Positions 61,518-64,000 of a stretch of DNA of 64,000 nucleotides are shown here, piece after piece (the first letter of the stretch is position 1; the number at the start of each line of letters is the position of its first letter). Under the pieces are notes generated by a model that was given only the letters and a program-made list of their open reading frames with translations, was not told the origin of the DNA and ran no database searches. The stretch spans positions 2,814 to 66,813 of the forward strand of contig JAGVWJ010000005.1 of NCBI GenBank assembly GCA_018304385.1. The letters run 5' to 3'. The position numbers and the translations under genes were made by a program. The stretch comes from Candidatus Micrarchaeota archaeon (GTDB lineage: Archaea; Micrarchaeota; Micrarchaeia; Anstonellales; Bilamarchaeaceae).

Positions 61518-62595
61518 TACGTGATTTCTTCCTATTTTTAACTATGCCCTTCTTTTTATTTAATAATGTGTAAACCTCCTTGGATAATTTTGCAATGGTA
61601 TCATTAAGCTTGTAATCCTCTGCTGAAACCGAAAGCCGATCTTTATCCAAGTCCACTAATATCTTAGCAATATAAACAGATTTGTTTTTCTTAATGTGCA
61701 AGGATACACTAACTATAGTAAATGATTTTGAAAATTTATCAAGTGTATCCATAATTGTTTTGCGAACATCCTCGTGGTATTGCTGATCATCTTCAGTCAG
61801 CCCACTAATCGAGATATCTATATGTTCTTTGGAGAGATCGAGGACTTCTTTGAAAATGTCCAAGGCAGCCAACAGGCCTACTGGTTTATTATTAGAAACA
61901 ACAAGTAAAGACGGCGATGTATGCTCAATCATTTTCTTTATAGCATCCTCAAGTTGACTATCTTTATTTACAACAGTTAGACCCTCACGCAATAATTCTG
62001 ACAAAGGCATGTCACCTTCTTTATCTACTTCTGTAATAAATCTCTCTCCCCTTCTACCTTTTGGTTTTAAAATCGCGGCCATATCAAATGTTGATAAGAT
62101 CCCATATGGATAACTATCTTTCAGAACAACAAGGCGATGCGTCCCAAGTTCTTTCATTTTAGTCTTAGCATTAGCTAATGTACTATTAATATCGATAGTA
62201 TACGCAGGTGTTTTCATAACCTCTGATATAGATTTTCTTGGAATTAGCCTAAGCGCCAATAGATCCTTAAGAACTTCAATCCTAGTAATTAAACCCAATG
62301 GTAAGCTCTTTTTTATATCAACAACAGGTAGTGCCTTAAAATGACCTGTTAAAAATGCGTTTAGCTTATCCAATATTGTAGATTCCTTGTAAAGCACTGA
62401 TGTTTTAACACAGGAATGTTCACATTTTGCCTTACTAACATCCGTAATGCCTAAACGAATATTTCGATCGTCTATTAACCCTAAATAGGAACGGTTTTTC
62501 ATAATAATAACTGCTGTTCCTGTACGCAATATCTCATTTAAAGCCTTTGATAAAGGCTCATCTGCATCAAGTATTAGTGCATCTTTTACTTCCAT
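61507..62595 (-). CDS. CBS-domain protein (about 4 CBS motifs) with HPF/RaiA-like C-terminal domain
   Basis: Repeated CBS-type beta-alpha-beta-beta-alpha segments (e.g. THRLVVLKDSYPYGILSTFDM). The C-terminal ~100 aa (ISISGLTEDDQQYHEDVRKTIMDTLDKFSK...VSLHIKKN...AKILV...AEDYKLNDTIAKLSKEV) resemble the hibernation-factor fold; this part is weak. Confidence 0.6.
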   Translation of the reverse strand: MEVKDALILDADEPLSKALNEILRTGTAVIIMKNRSYLGLIDDRNIRLGITDVSKAKCEHSCVKTSVLYKESTILDKLNAFLTGHFKALPVVDIKKSLPLGLITRIEVLKDLLALRLIPRKSISEVMKTPAYTIDINSTLANAKTKMKELGTHRLVVLKDSYPYGILSTFDMAAILKPKGRRGERFITEVDKEGDMPLSELLREGLTVVNKDSQLEDAIKKMIEHTSPSLLVVSNNKPVGLLAALDIFKEVLDLSKEHIDISISGLTEDDQQYHEDVRKTIMDTLDKFSKSFTIVSVSLHIKKNKSVYIAKILVDLDKDRLSVSAEDYKLNDTIAKLSKEVYTLLNKKKGIVKNRKKSRIEE

Positions 62596-62636
62596 TTTCT
62601 CCCTCCAAATTAAGAATTATTGATAAGGACAAAATT

Positions 62637-62680
62637 GCAAAATTTTGTCCGCATTGTAAATTATCAAATTTACAATACAA
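62637..62680. promoter_or_regulatory. 44-bp conserved element B with 10-bp perfect inverted repeat
   Basis: 43/44 identical to 42712-42755. Lies in the divergent intergenic region, 42 nt upstream of the CBS/pilin operon start (62595) and 41 nt upstream of the scpA ATG (62721). Confidence 0.7.
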
Positions 62681-62720
62681 AAACAAATATATAAAAACAA
62701 ATAACATTAATAAACCTAGT

Positions 62721-63407
62721 ATGCATCCCCATGCAACGCAAGTGTTCAGCTTAGAGTCTATAGTATCAAAACCAACCTGGAAAGAGATACTCCTAGAATT
62801 AATAGACACCAAAAGATTAGAACCGTGGAAGATAGATATAGTCCAAATAGCAGACAATTATATGAAGAAAATTAGAGAGATGGAAAAAATAAGCCTGGTT
62901 ATACCCGCAAATATAATATTAGCTGCTTCTATTCTTCTAAGATATAAAAGTGAGTATCTACGATTTGAAGAGCCAGTGCAGGTAATTGTACCGCTTGAAG
63001 AGGGCGCAGAATTTGAAGAAATGCCGCAACTAGAGCTAAGCGCAAGGATTCCACCAAAAAGGCAGATAACATTGGATGAACTAATCCAAGAGATGGAAAA
63101 AATAATAAAATACGAAACGACTGAGCGCGTTATAAAACATCGTGGTGGCATAGAAGAATTTGTTAACCTGCCATTAAGGGATGTTGATATTGAGAAGAAA
63201 ATGAATGAAATATTGGGCAAGATTAAGAATAGTGTTGATGATCAAGGCTGGACTCTATTCTCTCGCGTAATAGATAAAAATGATAAAATAGAGATAATAT
63301 ACACATTAGTCTCAATTCTGCATCTAACTCAAAAGCAAACAATAGATATAAAACAGGATGAAATATTTGGAGATATATTCATTTATTTATTAAATGAAAA
63401 AAATTAG
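62721..63407 (+). CDS. scpA: segregation and condensation protein A (kleisin)
   Basis: EPWKIDIVQIADNYMKKIREME...IPANIILAASILLRYKSEYL and a C-terminal winged-helix-like segment. ATG at 62721; the track ORF start at 62547 runs through the promoter element. Confidence 0.7.
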   Translation: MHPHATQVFSLESIVSKPTWKEILLELIDTKRLEPWKIDIVQIADNYMKKIREMEKISLVIPANIILAASILLRYKSEYLRFEEPVQVIVPLEEGAEFEEMPQLELSARIPPKRQITLDELIQEMEKIIKYETTERVIKHRGGIEEFVNLPLRDVDIEKKMNEILGKIKNSVDDQGWTLFSRVIDKNDKIEIIYTLVSILHLTQKQTIDIKQDEIFGDIFIYLLNEKN

Positions 63408-63419
63408 AAATAAAAACAT

Positions 63420-63443
63420 TATTTATTGGCGAACCAATAAATA
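63420..63443. terminator. perfect 10-bp-stem hairpin (TATTTATTGG-cgaa-CCAATAAATA) between convergent genes
   Basis: Read directly. Lies between the scpA stop (63407) and the sepF stop (63478). Confidence 0.4.
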
Positions 63444-63445
63444 TG

Positions 63446-63474
63446 CCCATTGTTGCTGCAAAGCAACAATTGGG
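63446..63474. terminator. 12-bp-stem hairpin with GCAA (GNRA-type) tetraloop and one bulge
   Basis: CCCATTGTTGCT-gcaa-AGCAACAAtTGGG, immediately after the first hairpin. Confidence 0.4.
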
Positions 63475-63477
63475 AAA

Positions 63478-63873
63478 CTATAATGACCTACTTCCTGAAG
63501 ATGCAACTGCCTTTGGTTTTGATTTAACGATTTTTACATTTGTTGGTGTTAATAAAACCGCATCTTGCGAAAGCAATGCAATATCACCATTCATTTTATT
63601 TGCTTGAGATTTCAGTTTTGCTAAAATACCTCGCAAACGATTTGGTTGTTTTGATAATGGTAGAATGTTCATTATAATTACATTCTTTTGTGAAAGTTCT
63701 TTTGCTGCAAGATCTGCATCACCTTCGTTTCGCAAATCAATGCGCTTCACATAGAAATCTGCTGGAGGACTTATTACATCTCCTTCAGAATCCATTACCT
63801 CTTCCAAATCTGGAAATTCAGCTGATTCACTCTTCCCAAAAAGCTTATCTAAAAGTCCCATCATATCACCCAA
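63478..63873 (-). CDS. sepF: SepF-like cell-division protein
   Basis: FYVKRIDLRNEGDADLAAKELSQKNVIIMNILPL...LRGILAKLKSQANKMNGDIALLSQDAVLLTPTNVKI matches the SepF/DUF552 pattern. Confidence 0.65.
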   Translation of the reverse strand: MGDMMGLLDKLFGKSESAEFPDLEEVMDSEGDVISPPADFYVKRIDLRNEGDADLAAKELSQKNVIIMNILPLSKQPNRLRGILAKLKSQANKMNGDIALLSQDAVLLTPTNVKIVKSKPKAVASSGSRSL

Positions 63874-64000
63874 TTTATAATTATTATATTCGCCTTATAG
63901 CATATAGAAACAATTAATTTTTAAATGCTCGCACAACGCATATTAAGAATTTATGACGTAGAATAACAAGATTAAAGCAATGATTACTGCTAATCCTGCA

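Noticed and set aside
62547-62720. N-terminal extension of the scpA ORF
   Set aside because: It overlaps the CBS gene start and reads through the conserved 44-bp element, which at its other copy is read in a different frame. ScpA similarity starts after the ATG at 62721.
1-64000. Search by eye for CRISPR arrays, rRNA and tRNA genes
   Set aside because: No regularly spaced 25-40-nt repeats, no rRNA-like GC-rich conserved blocks and no cloverleaf-compatible GC-rich segments were recognised. Absence should be confirmed with tRNAscan-SE, Infernal and a CRISPR finder.

Overview
AT-rich archaeal chromosomal segment (roughly one-third G+C by eye, not computed). The gene content fits a small-genome, DPANN-like archaeon: RFC small subunit, ribosomal protein L10e, archaeal-type PEP carboxylase, form III-like RuBisCO, enolase, malic enzyme, aspartase/fumarase, short Ile- and Val-tRNA synthetases, ScpA, SepF, AqpM, class III signal-peptide pilin-like proteins, and a minimal two-subunit [NiFe]-hydrogenase with its protease. 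Shine-Dalgarno-like GGAGG/GAGGTG motifs and 4-nt ATGA overlaps are common. I recognised no rRNA, tRNA or CRISPR array. Between the housekeeping genes lie an ArsR-controlled metal-type cluster (33-4189), four type II toxin-antitoxin pairs, a standalone HNH gene, and a LAGLIDADG intein in the P-loop of a TPR-AAA+ ATPase. Six things seem most worth a second look. (1) A minus-strand operon at 50103-53448 holds paralogous genes that fuse an unrecognised basic N-terminal module to GXGXG beta-helix repeats. It is followed by a GG-terminated ubiquitin-like gene, and one paralog is split by a perfect 67-bp tandem duplication. (2) A compositionally foreign four-gene operon at 14837-18708 encodes a TPR lipoprotein, two Ala/Arg-rich coiled-coil proteins sharing an EGPRGG N-module, and a P-loop ATPase. 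(3) An ~876-bp cassette is bracketed by a perfect 22-bp direct repeat and carries a surrogate 3' end for aqpM. (4) GC-rich heptanucleotide arrays (NNTGRGC x4-5) occur at four intergenic sites. (5) A 44-bp near-identical palindrome-bearing element sits in front of both pilin-like loci. (6) pyrC is interrupted by two in-frame stop codons. All functional calls rest on motif recognition by eye; no database search was possible.
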